Below, piece by piece: positions 8,932 to 18,131 of a stretch of DNA of 64,000 nt (positions are counted from its first letter, which is position 1; every line of letters starts with the position of its first letter). Below the pieces are notes generated by a model. It saw only the letters and a list, made by a program, of their open reading frames with translations, was not told the DNA's origin and searched no databases. Made by a program: the position numbers and the translations under genes. The DNA lies in assembly GCA_963666735.1 (NCBI GenBank), contig OY762926.1:2976001-3040000 (forward strand), read 5' to 3'. Source of the DNA: Gemmatimonadota bacterium. Its GTDB lineage: Bacteria; Gemmatimonadota; Gemmatimonadetes; Palauibacterales; Palauibacteraceae.

Positions 8932-9093
8932 GGGAGGATGCCGTCCAGTGCTTTCGGACGGTCTTTGCCGCGTCGACGACGGGTTGAAGGAAGACCCGAT
9001 ATGGCGTCCGCCACCGGGTTGGCTTGGTCGTCCGTAAGGTTGCTCCAAGTCGGGTCGGAGGGCAAGGGATCGAAGCTTTGCGACCGGGGAGCG

Positions 9094-9188
9094 TGGGCCC
9101 GGGTAGATTTGGCGAAGCACCGTCCCCTGCCGAGGCCGCTGCTTCACCGAACTCGCGCCCGGGACCGGGCGCTCGGTTGAACTACCGA
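9094..9188 (-). repeat. 3'-half copy of tRNA-Ile (T-arm plus acceptor 3' strand) carrying a 68-nt T-loop insert (9109-9176); att-like fragment
   Basis: Minus strand TCGGTAGTTCAA[68 nt]ATCTACCCGGGCCCA. Its downstream flank CGCTCCCCGGTC matches that of the 9624-9764 copy. Confidence 0.85.
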
Positions 9189-9262
9189 GGCGACTTGTCC
9201 GTCCGTGAGGTCGGTCCAGGGATCGGAGCGGAGGCTGGGGTTCGGATCCGATGGCTGAAGAG

Positions 9263-9337
<75 letters not shown>

Positions 9338-9400
9338 CGAGAAGAAGGCCGGCGCGCGACCGCTCGTTCGAGGCCGAGGGTGGGGCGCCGGGCCGAGTCC

Positions 9401-9429
9401 ATCCTAAGGATACGGCGCAGCGCGTTCAA
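9401..9429 (-). promoter_or_regulatory. Putative sigma70 promoter for the intact tRNA-Ile
   Basis: Minus strand TTGAAC-N17-TAGGAT, about 65 nt upstream of the tRNA. Confidence 0.5.
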
Positions 9430-9453
9430 GTTTCTTGGGCACCGGGGATTCCG
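9428..9453 (-). repeat. Duplicate of the phoD 3' end (9806-9831)
   Basis: 25/26 identical. Both copies encode GIPGAQET, with a synonymous CAA/CAG change, followed by TGA or TAA. Confidence 0.85.
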
Positions 9454-9623
9454 CTCTTGGGCTCGTAATCTCCCACCGGGTGTCACTCTCGGTCGCAATC
9501 GACAGTTGCCACGCGCAGGTCGACCATGACGACCCTAGCCAACGGAGGACCCGTTCCCGGCCGTGGGAGTGCTCCACATTGGGCCAGAGAGGGAGGAGGT
9601 CGAGGCTTCATGACCGGGGAGCG

Positions 9624-9764
<141 letters not shown>

Positions 9765-9803
9765 CGAAGAAGACCGGCGCGCGACCATTCCGGCGCGGCG
9801 GGT

Positions 9804-11378
9804 TTAAGTTTCCTGGGCACCGGGGATTCCGTTTTCTACGACGTAGCTCGCGCGCGTGGCGATGGGGGCGTCGGGGCGGGTGACGTAGGGCATGACGCGG
9901 AAGTCGGCCCGCAGCCGCTGCGGCGTCAGGCGGCAGCGGACGTAGCCGCGTTGGGCGTTGAAGAACTTGATGTGGGGGTTGTGGCTCATGGCGTTTTCGC
10001 CCTGGGGGCCGGTGTCGGCGCCGTCTCCGCTGGAGCTGATGGAGGTGCCGGCGAATTCGGTGCCGACGATCGGAGAATCCCCCCGGTCGAAGTCGAGTTT
10101 GAGGTCGTTGACCCAGTTGGTGTGGAGGTCGCCGGTGAGGACGATGGGGTTGGAGGGGCGGCGGTCGTGGAGGAAGGTCATGAGGCGATCTCGGTCGGCG
10201 GGGTAGCCGTCCCATTTGTCCATGGGGAGGGTGAGGGTCTCGTCGCCTTCCAGGAGGCGGGCCATGAAGACTTGGTTGGCGAGGACGTTGTAGCGGGCGG
10301 TGGACTGGTCGAGGCCGTCGAGGAGCCAGTCGGCTTGCCGACCGCCGAGAATGGTGGCGTCCTCGGCGTGTTGGTCGGGGCAGGGGGGTTGGCGGCGGCC
10401 TCCGCAGGGCTGGAGGGTGCGGTACTGGCGGGTGTCGAGGACGTGGAGGCGCATCAGGGAGCCGAAGTCGAGGCGGCGGTACAACTGGGCGTCGGGGCCG
10501 GCGGGGAGGGAGGTGCGGCGGAGGGGGAAGTGTTCGTACAGGGCCTGGAAGGCGGCGGTGCGGCGGGCGAGGAAGGACTCGCGGGTCATCTGCTCGGTGT
10601 TGTGGTCGCCGGCCCAGTCGTTGTCGACCTCGTGGTCGTCGGGGGTGAAGACCCACGGTGCGGCGGCGTGGGCGGCCTGGAGGTCGGGATCCCTTTTGTA
10701 TAGGGCGTAGCGGGCGCGGTAGGCCTCGAGGGTGCGGGGTTCCTCGGTGTCGTGGCGGCGCACGAGGTTGTCGCCGAGGCCGGGGCCGCTCTCGTAGATG
10801 TAGTCGCCGAGGTGCACGATGAGCGCCGGGGACTCGGCGGCCATGTGGCGGAAGCCGGTGTACCAGCCGCGCTCGTAGTGCTGGCACGAGACGAAGACGA
10901 AGTCGAAGCGGTCGGGGAGGGCGCCGGGGGCGGGGGCGGTGCGCGTGCGGCCGACGGGGCTCGTCGCGCCGGCGGCGTGGAAGCGGTACCAGTAGTCGCG
11001 CGCGGGGTCGAGGCCGTCGACCTCGGCATGCACGGAGTGGCCGAGTTCGGCTAGCGCGGCGGCCTCGCCGCGGCGGACCACGGTGCGGAAGCGGTCGTCG
11101 GAGGCGACTTCCCAGCGCACGGGGGTCGCGGCGCGGGGGTCGCCGGGCAGGTCGAGGAGGCGCGTCCACAGGACGACGCCGTCGGCGGTCGGCTCGCCGG
11201 AGGCCACGCCGAGTTCGAAGGGGAAGCGCTGCGCCGAAGCCCGGCGGCCGGCGCGGGGACCGAGTTCGCGGCCGCCCGCGGAGGCCCCGGGGCCGAACTG
11301 CGCGAGGGGGAGCGGCGCCAGCGCGCAGAGGGCCGCGGAGCGGGTCCAGGCGGCGAGAAAATCGCGGCGCGTGCTCAC
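9804..11378 (-). CDS. phoD: Alkaline phosphatase D family protein with Tat signal
   Basis: STRRDFL twin-arginine signal; FELGVASGEP, HLGDYIYE, DDHEVDND, KWDGY and LTGDLH motifs. Confidence 0.93.
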   Translation of the reverse strand: MSTRRDFLAAWTRSAALCALAPLPLAQFGPGASAGGRELGPRAGRRASAQRFPFELGVASGEPTADGVVLWTRLLDLPGDPRAATPVRWEVASDDRFRTVVRRGEAAALAELGHSVHAEVDGLDPARDYWYRFHAAGATSPVGRTRTAPAPGALPDRFDFVFVSCQHYERGWYTGFRHMAAESPALIVHLGDYIYESGPGLGDNLVRRHDTEEPRTLEAYRARYALYKRDPDLQAAHAAAPWVFTPDDHEVDNDWAGDHNTEQMTRESFLARRTAAFQALYEHFPLRRTSLPAGPDAQLYRRLDFGSLMRLHVLDTRQYRTLQPCGGRRQPPCPDQHAEDATILGGRQADWLLDGLDQSTARYNVLANQVFMARLLEGDETLTLPMDKWDGYPADRDRLMTFLHDRRPSNPIVLTGDLHTNWVNDLKLDFDRGDSPIVGTEFAGTSISSSGDGADTGPQGENAMSHNPHIKFFNAQRGYVRCRLTPQRLRADFRVMPYVTRPDAPIATRASYVVENGIPGAQET

Positions 11379-11447
11379 GGTGAAATCCCCTCCGCGAGGG
11401 CCCGTGTTCGATTGCCGCCGCCCGCCTGCCGGTCTAGCTTCACTCGC

Positions 11448-12479
11448 ATGAAAATCCGTCCCTTCGGCGCCCTGACGGCGCTTCTCGCGGCCACCCTCCC
11501 GGTCCTCTCCGCCTGCAGCAAGCAGACGGCTTTCGGGGAGGCGAACAGCCTCATCATCCTCGCTCCCGACGCTCTCTCGCAGCAAGTGGAGGAGGAGACC
11601 CGGCGGGTCCTGGAGCCCACGATCTTCACGAGCCGCGACGAGAAACAGTACGAGGTCTCCTTCGTCGACCCGGGCCACGAAAACGTCGGCGAGCTGAAGC
11701 TGTTCCGTAACCTCATCGTGTTCGGGACGGTCGACGACCCGCTGCTGCTCGAGGTGGCGGCGGAGGAGGGACGGGATCTCGCCGCGCTGGAGCCGGGCCG
11801 CGTCTTCCAGGCCTCCAACGTGTGGGCGCTGGGCCAGACGGTGACGGGCGTCCTGCTCCGGTCGGGCCGCGAAGCCGAGTCATGGGTGGCGGCCCTGCCG
11901 TCGGTCCTGAACGCGGTGGACACGAACTACCGCCAACTGGTGCTGCGGCGGATGTTCGCGACGGCGGCGGATACGGCGCTCAGGACGGATCTGGGGCGGC
12001 GGTTCGGGTTCTCGATGCTCGTCCCGGAGGTGTACGACCGGATCGCCCGGGATCTCGGCGGAGGCGACAGCCTCGTCATCCTGCGCAACGACAACCCGGA
12101 CCCGAGCGAACTCATCCGGTCGGTCCTCATCGACTGGCGCCCGAACGTCGACTCGCTGACGGCGGAGCTGGCGCTGGAGTGGCGGGCGGAGATCGATGCC
12201 GCGCACTACAACGTCCCGCAGCGCATCGACGACACGAATTCGAGCGTGGTGAGCTTCATGTGGGAGGGCCGCCCGGCGCTGGAGGTGACCGGCGTGTGGC
12301 AGGATGAGACGGGCGGGTTCCCCGCGGCGGGCCCGTTCATCGTCTGGCTGGTCGACTGTCCGGCGCGCACGTACTTCGTCGATGCGTGGCTCTACTCGCC
12401 GAACCGGCCCAAGTACGAGTACATGCTGCAACTGCAGGAGATACTCGGGTCGTTCCGCTGCGTCGAGTCCGGCGCCTAG
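11448..12479 (+). CDS. Lipoprotein, DUF4837-like
   Basis: Lipobox LSAC; C-terminal G.W......GPF and LYSP...KYEYMLQL. Confidence 0.7.
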   Translation: MKIRPFGALTALLAATLPVLSACSKQTAFGEANSLIILAPDALSQQVEEETRRVLEPTIFTSRDEKQYEVSFVDPGHENVGELKLFRNLIVFGTVDDPLLLEVAAEEGRDLAALEPGRVFQASNVWALGQTVTGVLLRSGREAESWVAALPSVLNAVDTNYRQLVLRRMFATAADTALRTDLGRRFGFSMLVPEVYDRIARDLGGGDSLVILRNDNPDPSELIRSVLIDWRPNVDSLTAELALEWRAEIDAAHYNVPQRIDDTNSSVVSFMWEGRPALEVTGVWQDETGGFPAAGPFIVWLVDCPARTYFVDAWLYSPNRPKYEYMLQLQEILGSFRCVESGA

Positions 12480-12505
12480 TGCACTAGCCGGACAGGGTCG
12501 CCTGG

Positions 12506-15500
12506 ATGTCGTTCGTTCATCTTCACACACATAGCGAGTACTCGCTCCTCGACGGCGCGAACCGCATCGACGACCTGGTCGAGCGCGCGGTCGAACTCGG
12601 CATGCCCGCCCTCGCCCTCACGGACCACGGCAACCTCCACGGCGCATGGGAGTTCCAGGAGAAGGCCCGCGCCCGGGGGATCAAGCCGATCATCGGCTGC
12701 GAGGTCTACGTCGCGTACGGCGACCGCCGCTCCCGCAAGCTGGAGGAGGGCGCCCCGGCCCACTACGCCCACCTCGTGCTGCTCGCCGAGAGCCGGCGCG
12801 GCTACTCGAACCTCGTAAAGCTCTCGTCGATCGGGTACACGGAGGGCTTCTACCGCCGTCCCCGCGTGGACCGCGAGATGCTCGAGCAACACGCGGACGG
12901 GATCGTCTGTCTCTCCGCCTGCCTCGCCGGCGAAGTCGCCCGCTACCTGCAGCACGAGCGGTACGAGGAGGCGAAGCGGGCCGCGGAGTGGCACGCGCGG
13001 GTGTTCAGCGACCGCTACTGGCTCGAACTCCAGGACCACGGGATCCCGCAGCAGGATGTGGTGAACCGGGGCATCATCCAGCTCTCCGAGGAACTCGGCC
13101 TCCCGCTCGTCGTCACCAACGACGCGCACTACATGCGGCGCGAGGACGCGGACGCGCACGACACCCTCCTCTGCATCGGGACGGGCAAGGACAAGGACGA
13201 CCCCGACCGGCTCCGCTTCCACGGCGAGGAGAGCTACTTCAAGACCGCCGACGAGATGGCGGAACTCTTCCCGGACCTGCCCGGCCTGCTCGCCGAGACG
13301 GTGCGGATCGCGGAGCGCTGCGACGTCAAGGTCGAGAAGCAGTACCAGTTGCCCGGTTTCCCGCTCCCGGACCGCTTCTCCGAACCCATGGAGATGCTGC
13401 GCCACGAGGCGGCGGAGGGGGCGAAGGCCAGGTACGGCGATCCCCTGCCCGAGGCGGTGCGCGACCGTCTCGACTACGAACTCGGGGTCATCGAGAACAC
13501 GGGATACGCGGGCTACCTGCTCATCGTGTGGGACTTCATCGTCGCGGCGCGCGAACGGGACATTCCGGTGGGGCCCGGCCGCGGATCGGCCGCGGGATCG
13601 ATCATCTGCTACGCGCTCGGCATCACCGATGTGGACCCGCTCGCGTTCGACCTCCTCTTCGAGCGCTTCCTGAATCCGGAACGCGTCTCCATGCCGGACA
13701 TCGACATCGACTTCTGCTACGAGCGCCGCGGCGAGGTCATCGACTACGTGCGGGAGAAGTACGGCCAGGCCTCGGTCGGGCAGATCATCACGTTCGGGAC
13801 GATGAAGGCGCGCGCCGTGATCCGGGACGTGGGCCGGGTGCTCGGCTTCACGCCTTCGGACACGGATCGCCTCGCGAAGCTCGTGCCGTCGACGCCGGGG
13901 TTCTCGTTCACGGCGGCGGAGGCGAGGAAGAAGGTGGGGGAACTCGCCGAGCGCGACCGCGAGGACGCCCAGGTCACGAAGCTCCTCGACTACGCGGAGC
14001 GCATCGAGGGACTCGCGCGCCACAGTTCCGTGCACGCGGCGGGGGTCGTGATCGCGCCGGGACCGCTGGACGACTACGTGCCGATCTGCGCGGACACGAA
14101 GAGCGGCGCCGTGATCACGCAGTTCGACATGAACGCGCTCGAGAAGGCGGGCATGCTCAAGATGGACTTCCTGGGCCTGCGCACGCTGACCGTGATCGCC
14201 GACGCCGCGCGCAACGTGGAGAAGCGGCACGGGATCCGCGTGGACTGGGAGGAGATCGGCCTCGAGGACCCCGCCGTGTACGAGATGCTCGCGGGCGGCC
14301 GCACGAGCGGGGTGTTCCAGTTCGAGTCCAGCCTCGCGACGGACAAGCTGCGCGCCATGCGCTGCGACCGTTTCGACGACCTCGTCGCCGTCAACGCGCT
14401 CATCCGCCCGGGCCCGCTCGATTCCGGGATGACGGACGTCTACATCGCGCGCAAACGCGGACTCAAGCCGGTCGAGTACCCGCATCCCGACCTCAAGGAG
14501 ATCCTTGAGCCGACGTACGGGGTCATCACCTACCAGGAGCAGGTGATGCGGGCGGCCAACCTGCTCGCCGGGTTCTCGCTCGCCGAAGCCGATGTGCTCC
14601 GGAAGGCGGTGGGGAAGAAGGACGCCGAACTCACGGACAAGGTGCTCGGGGAATTTGTCAAGCGCGCGGTCGAGCGCGGCGTGGCGAAACCGAAGGCGGG
14701 CGAGATCGCCGAACTCATCCGCACCTTCGGCCGCTACGGCTTCAACAAGGCGCACAGCGTCGCGTACGCGCTCCTCTCCTACCGGACCGCGTGGCTGAAG
14801 GCGCACTACCCGGCCGAGTTCATGGCCGGCCTCCTGTCCTCGGAGATCGGGAGCACGGATGCGGTCGTGTCGTACATCGCGGCGGCGCGGCCGCTCGGCA
14901 TCCGGGTGCTTCCCCCCTCGGTGAGGGAGTCGGGGTATCGCTTCACGGTCGTCGACGATCCGGATGCGCCCGGGAAGTCGGCGATCCGCTTCGGACTCGG
15001 CGCGATCAAGGGCGTGGGACACTCCGCGATCCGGTCCATGCAGGCGGCCCGGGAAGACGCGCCGTTCGAGAGTTTCATCGACTTCCTCGAACGGATCGAC
15101 CTGCGGCTCAACAACTCGCGCGTGATCCAGGCCCTGATCGGCGCCGGGGCGCTCGACGACCTGGGCGACCGCGCCGCCCTCACCGCCGGCCTCGAGGTCA
15201 TGCTCAACGAGGCGCAGTTGCGCCGGCAGGAGGCCGAGAGCGGCCAGACGAGCCTGTTCGGGGGCGACTCGGCGGAGACGCGGCCGGAGGTCGAACTCCC
15301 CGTCGTGTCCGCGTGGAGCGAGCGCGACCGGCTGCGCGAGGAGAAGGAGCGCCTCGGGTTCTACATTTCGGGACACCCGCTCGAGCGCTACCGGGATCTC
15401 GCCGACCTCTACGCGCTGGAGGCGAAGACGACGAACCTGCGCGAGCGCCGGGACCGGAAGGTGGAGATCCCCTGCGTCATCACCGAGACGTCGGTACGCA

Positions 15501-16030
15501 CCGCGCGCAAGGACGGCCGGGAGTGGGCGCGCCTCAGGATCGAGGATTTTCACGGGACGGCGACGACGCTCGTCTTCGGCGATGTGTGGCAGAAGAACCG
15601 GGATCTGCTCACCGACGACCGTCCGGTCCTGATCGCCGGCACGGTGTCGAACAACTCGCGGGACGACGACGATCCGCCCATTTTCCTCGACTCCGTGCGG
15701 CCGCTGGCGGAGGTGCGGGACGAGGGCCAGGTGGGGATCCTGATCGAGCTCCGCGAGGACAAACGGCCGGAGCCCGGCGCGTTCCTGCGTGCCCGGGAGT
15801 TGCTGGAGGCTTCGCCGGGGCGCGGACCGCTCTACGTCGAAGCCGTGGAAGCCGCAGCGGTCGCAGCAGCCGCAGCAGCCGGCGAAGCCGGGAACGGGGC
15901 GCCGGAGGACGACGCGCGACCGCCGCGCTTCACGTCGCGAACGCTGCGCGTGGCGCCGACTCCGAGCCTGGTCGAGGAACTGCGCGGGCTGCTGGGCGGA
16001 AGCGGCGTGAGACTGGTCCGGAATCGCTGA
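12506..16030 (+). CDS. dnaE: DNA polymerase III alpha subunit
   Basis: FVHLHTHSEYSLLDG, GPGRGSAAGS, MPDIDIDF, KMDFLGL and YGFNKAHS motifs. Confidence 0.98.
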   Translation: MSFVHLHTHSEYSLLDGANRIDDLVERAVELGMPALALTDHGNLHGAWEFQEKARARGIKPIIGCEVYVAYGDRRSRKLEEGAPAHYAHLVLLAESRRGYSNLVKLSSIGYTEGFYRRPRVDREMLEQHADGIVCLSACLAGEVARYLQHERYEEAKRAAEWHARVFSDRYWLELQDHGIPQQDVVNRGIIQLSEELGLPLVVTNDAHYMRREDADAHDTLLCIGTGKDKDDPDRLRFHGEESYFKTADEMAELFPDLPGLLAETVRIAERCDVKVEKQYQLPGFPLPDRFSEPMEMLRHEAAEGAKARYGDPLPEAVRDRLDYELGVIENTGYAGYLLIVWDFIVAARERDIPVGPGRGSAAGSIICYALGITDVDPLAFDLLFERFLNPERVSMPDIDIDFCYERRGEVIDYVREKYGQASVGQIITFGTMKARAVIRDVGRVLGFTPSDTDRLAKLVPSTPGFSFTAAEARKKVGELAERDREDAQVTKLLDYAERIEGLARHSSVHAAGVVIAPGPLDDYVPICADTKSGAVITQFDMNALEKAGMLKMDFLGLRTLTVIADAARNVEKRHGIRVDWEEIGLEDPAVYEMLAGGRTSGVFQFESSLATDKLRAMRCDRFDDLVAVNALIRPGPLDSGMTDVYIARKRGLKPVEYPHPDLKEILEPTYGVITYQEQVMRAANLLAGFSLAEADVLRKAVGKKDAELTDKVLGEFVKRAVERGVAKPKAGEIAELIRTFGRYGFNKAHSVAYALLSYRTAWLKAHYPAEFMAGLLSSEIGSTDAVVSYIAAARPLGIRVLPPSVRESGYRFTVVDDPDAPGKSAIRFGLGAIKGVGHSAIRSMQAAREDAPFESFIDFLERIDLRLNNSRVIQALIGAGALDDLGDRAALTAGLEVMLNEAQLRRQEAESGQTSLFGGDSAETRPEVELPVVSAWSERDRLREEKERLGFYISGHPLERYRDLADLYALEAKTTNLRERRDRKVEIPCVITETSVRTARKDGREWARLRIEDFHGTATTLVFGDVWQKNRDLLTDDRPVLIAGTVSNNSRDDDDPPIFLDSVRPLAEVRDEGQVGILIELREDKRPEPGAFLRARELLEASPGRGPLYVEAVEAAAVAAAAAAGEAGNGAPEDDARPPRFTSRTLRVAPTPSLVEELRGLLGGSGVRLVRNR

Positions 16031-16194
16031 CGGTTCCTCGCCCATCACGCCGCCCGTTCCTGGTCCGTCCGGCCGCCCGTCCGGCCGCCCGCTGGCCGGA
16101 TCACCACCCGCGGGGCCACTTTACGCGGGCGGCCGACGGCTGGATGATGCTGGATGATGGCCGTGTCGGCTCCGGGACCGAGAGATAATCGCGT

Positions 16195-17142
16195 ATGTCG
16201 ATAGAACAGGAAGGCCTGGCCGAACTCCGCAACCACGTGGAGGAGCTTCGGACCAAGGCCAGAGAGCGCGGGATCGACGTGAGCGCCGAGTTGGGGCCGC
16301 TGGAAGCCCAACTCGCCGCCGCGCACGATGAGGCCATGGCCCGGCTGTCGCGTTTCGACCGTGTGAAGCTCGCCCGCAACCAGGACCGTCCCTTCTCGCT
16401 CGACTACATCCAGGGGATCGGCACGGACTTCTTCGAGTTGAGGGGCGACCGGGTCTTCCGCGACGACCCGGCCGTCGTCGGCGGCTGGCTCAAGCTCGAT
16501 GGCCGCCCGGTCATGGTCATCGGGCACCAGAAGGGCCGGGAGATGAAGGAGAACCTGCGCCGCAACTTCGGCTCTCCCCATCCCGAGGGATACCGCAAGG
16601 CGAAGCGCCTGATGCGGCTGGCCGAGAAGTTCGGCCGCCCCGTCGTCACCTTCATCGACACGCAGGGGGCGTATCCCGGCATCGGGGCCGAGGAGCGGGG
16701 CCAGGCGGAGGCGATCGCCCGCAACCTCGCCGTGATGGCGGGCCTGCGGGTTCCCATCGTGAGCGGCGTCATCGGCGAGGGAGGCTCGGGCGGAGCCCTG
16801 GGCATCGGCGTGGCGGACCGCGTCCTCATGATGGAGAACGCGATCTACTCGGTGATCTCGCCCGAAGGGTGCGCCGCGATCCTGTGGCGGAGCCGCGAGC
16901 ACTCCGACAAGGCGGCCGAAGCGCTCAAACTCACCGCCCGCGACCTGCAGGACCTGGGCGTGGTGGACCAGATCATCCCCGAGCCGAGGGGCGGGGCGCA
17001 CACGGACCCGGAGGCCGCGGTCGAAGCCATGGGCGCCGCGATCCGGCGCCACCTGCGGGAACTCGCAAAGCTGGAGCCGGACGACCTGGTCGAGTCGCGG
17101 CGGGACAAGTACTACGCCATCGGCGCCTGGGAGGAGCGGTGA
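16195..17142 (+). CDS. accA: Acetyl-CoA carboxylase carboxyltransferase alpha
   Basis: RNFG.PHPEGYRKA, GAEERGQ, GEGGSGGAL and YSVISPEGCA motifs. Confidence 0.97.
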   Translation: MSIEQEGLAELRNHVEELRTKARERGIDVSAELGPLEAQLAAAHDEAMARLSRFDRVKLARNQDRPFSLDYIQGIGTDFFELRGDRVFRDDPAVVGGWLKLDGRPVMVIGHQKGREMKENLRRNFGSPHPEGYRKAKRLMRLAEKFGRPVVTFIDTQGAYPGIGAEERGQAEAIARNLAVMAGLRVPIVSGVIGEGGSGGALGIGVADRVLMMENAIYSVISPEGCAAILWRSREHSDKAAEALKLTARDLQDLGVVDQIIPEPRGGAHTDPEAAVEAMGAAIRRHLRELAKLEPDDLVESRRDKYYAIGAWEER

Positions 17143-18131
17143 GCGGGGGCCGGCGGCCGCGCCCCGTGCGTCCCGGCGCGCCCCGTTCCGCGCGCCCCGG
17201 CGGGGAGGCCGGCAACGGCGCCTCTCGCGAGCGTCGATCCGGACCGGATCCGGGGGCGGCCCCCCCGAGCCAGGTCCTCGAGGTCCGGTTCAAGGGCCTT
17301 CGTTCCGACTTCTTCGCCTTCAGCGGCGCCCCCGCGCTGGCGGAGCGCGAGTACGTCGTCGTGGAGGCCGACCGCGGACAGGACATCGGGTGCGTGAAGC
17401 GCGCGGCCGCCGCCGGGGACCTGGCGTGCGAAGGGGGCTGCGACAGCGTGGGCGACCGCGCCGTGCCGCTGCCGTCCCGCCGCGTGATCCGCCGCGCCGC
17501 CCCGGCCGATGTGCTGCGGCTGCGGCAGCTTCGCGACCAGGAACTCGAGGTGCGCCGGCGCACGCGCGAACTCGCGGCGAAACACCGGCTGCGCATGAAG
17601 GTGAGCGAGGCGGAGTGGCAGTGGGACCGCAACAAGCTCACGGTGTACTTCACCGCCGAGAAGCGGGTCGACTTTCGCGCCCTCGTGCGGGAGATGGCCC
17701 GCTCGTTCCGGACCCGGATCGACCTCCGGCAGATCGGGGTCCGCGATGAGGCGCGCCGTCTGGGCGGGCTGGGCCGCTGTCGCCGCGAACTCTGCTGTCG
17801 CTCGTGGCTCACGTCCATCGAACCCGTCACGCTGCAGCTTGCGAAGGACCAGGGCCTCTCGCTCAACCCGAGCCAGATTTCAGGCGCCTGCGGCCGTCTC
17901 ATGAACTGCCTCCGCTACGAGCACGCCGTGTACACGCAGGCCAAAAAGCGCTTCCCGCCCGTCGGCCGGACGATTCAAACCGCCCAAGGCCGCGAGAACG
18001 TGAAGTCGTGGGATCTGTTCGAGGAGACCGTGTCGCTCCAGGCGGGCGACGGGGAGATCCGCACCATCCCGCTCGCCCAGTTGCGCACCGAGCGGCGCGC
18101 GGCGCGGCGCGCCGAGCTGGACCGCAGGTAG
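17139..18131 (+). CDS. ricT: PSP1-domain / RicT (YaaT)-family protein
   Basis: YFTAEKRVDFR.LV, RQIGVRDEA, CRRELCC and ISGACGRLMNCL.YE motifs. Confidence 0.9.
   Translation: MSGGRRPRPVRPGAPRSARPGGEAGNGASRERRSGPDPGAAPPSQVLEVRFKGLRSDFFAFSGAPALAEREYVVVEADRGQDIGCVKRAAAAGDLACEGGCDSVGDRAVPLPSRRVIRRAAPADVLRLRQLRDQELEVRRRTRELAAKHRLRMKVSEAEWQWDRNKLTVYFTAEKRVDFRALVREMARSFRTRIDLRQIGVRDEARRLGGLGRCRRELCCRSWLTSIEPVTLQLAKDQGLSLNPSQISGACGRLMNCLRYEHAVYTQAKKRFPPVGRTIQTAQGRENVKSWDLFEETVSLQAGDGEIRTIPLAQLRTERRAARRAELDRR

Larger units (their letters stand above)
7300..9050 (-). pseudogene. Highly degraded ISL3-family transposase relic split by the IS1182-like element (pieces about 7300-7424 and 8928-9050)
   Basis: Removing the IS gives LQPVVDAAKTVRKHW...FRSRITDRIVEGFN then SLV.SA....RG, resembling the ISL3 HW.GIL.YF..RITNG.VEG.N motif with frameshifts. 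Confidence 0.5.

Noticed and set aside
1..9260. Integrase or prophage gene for the island
   Set aside because: No tyrosine/serine recombinase or phage gene was recognised; the far end of the island probably lies left of the window.
12506..16030. Intein in DnaE
   Set aside because: Length is normal and no intein motifs are seen; there is only a short Ala-rich low-complexity stretch near the C-terminus.
12476..16048. Very long antisense or alternative-frame ORFs (e.g. 1190 aa opposite dnaE; also 17975..20851, 31124..34192, 50882..53425)
   Set aside because: Shadow ORFs typical of high-GC codon bias; Arg/Pro/Ala-rich with no motifs, and the opposite strand holds clear conserved genes.
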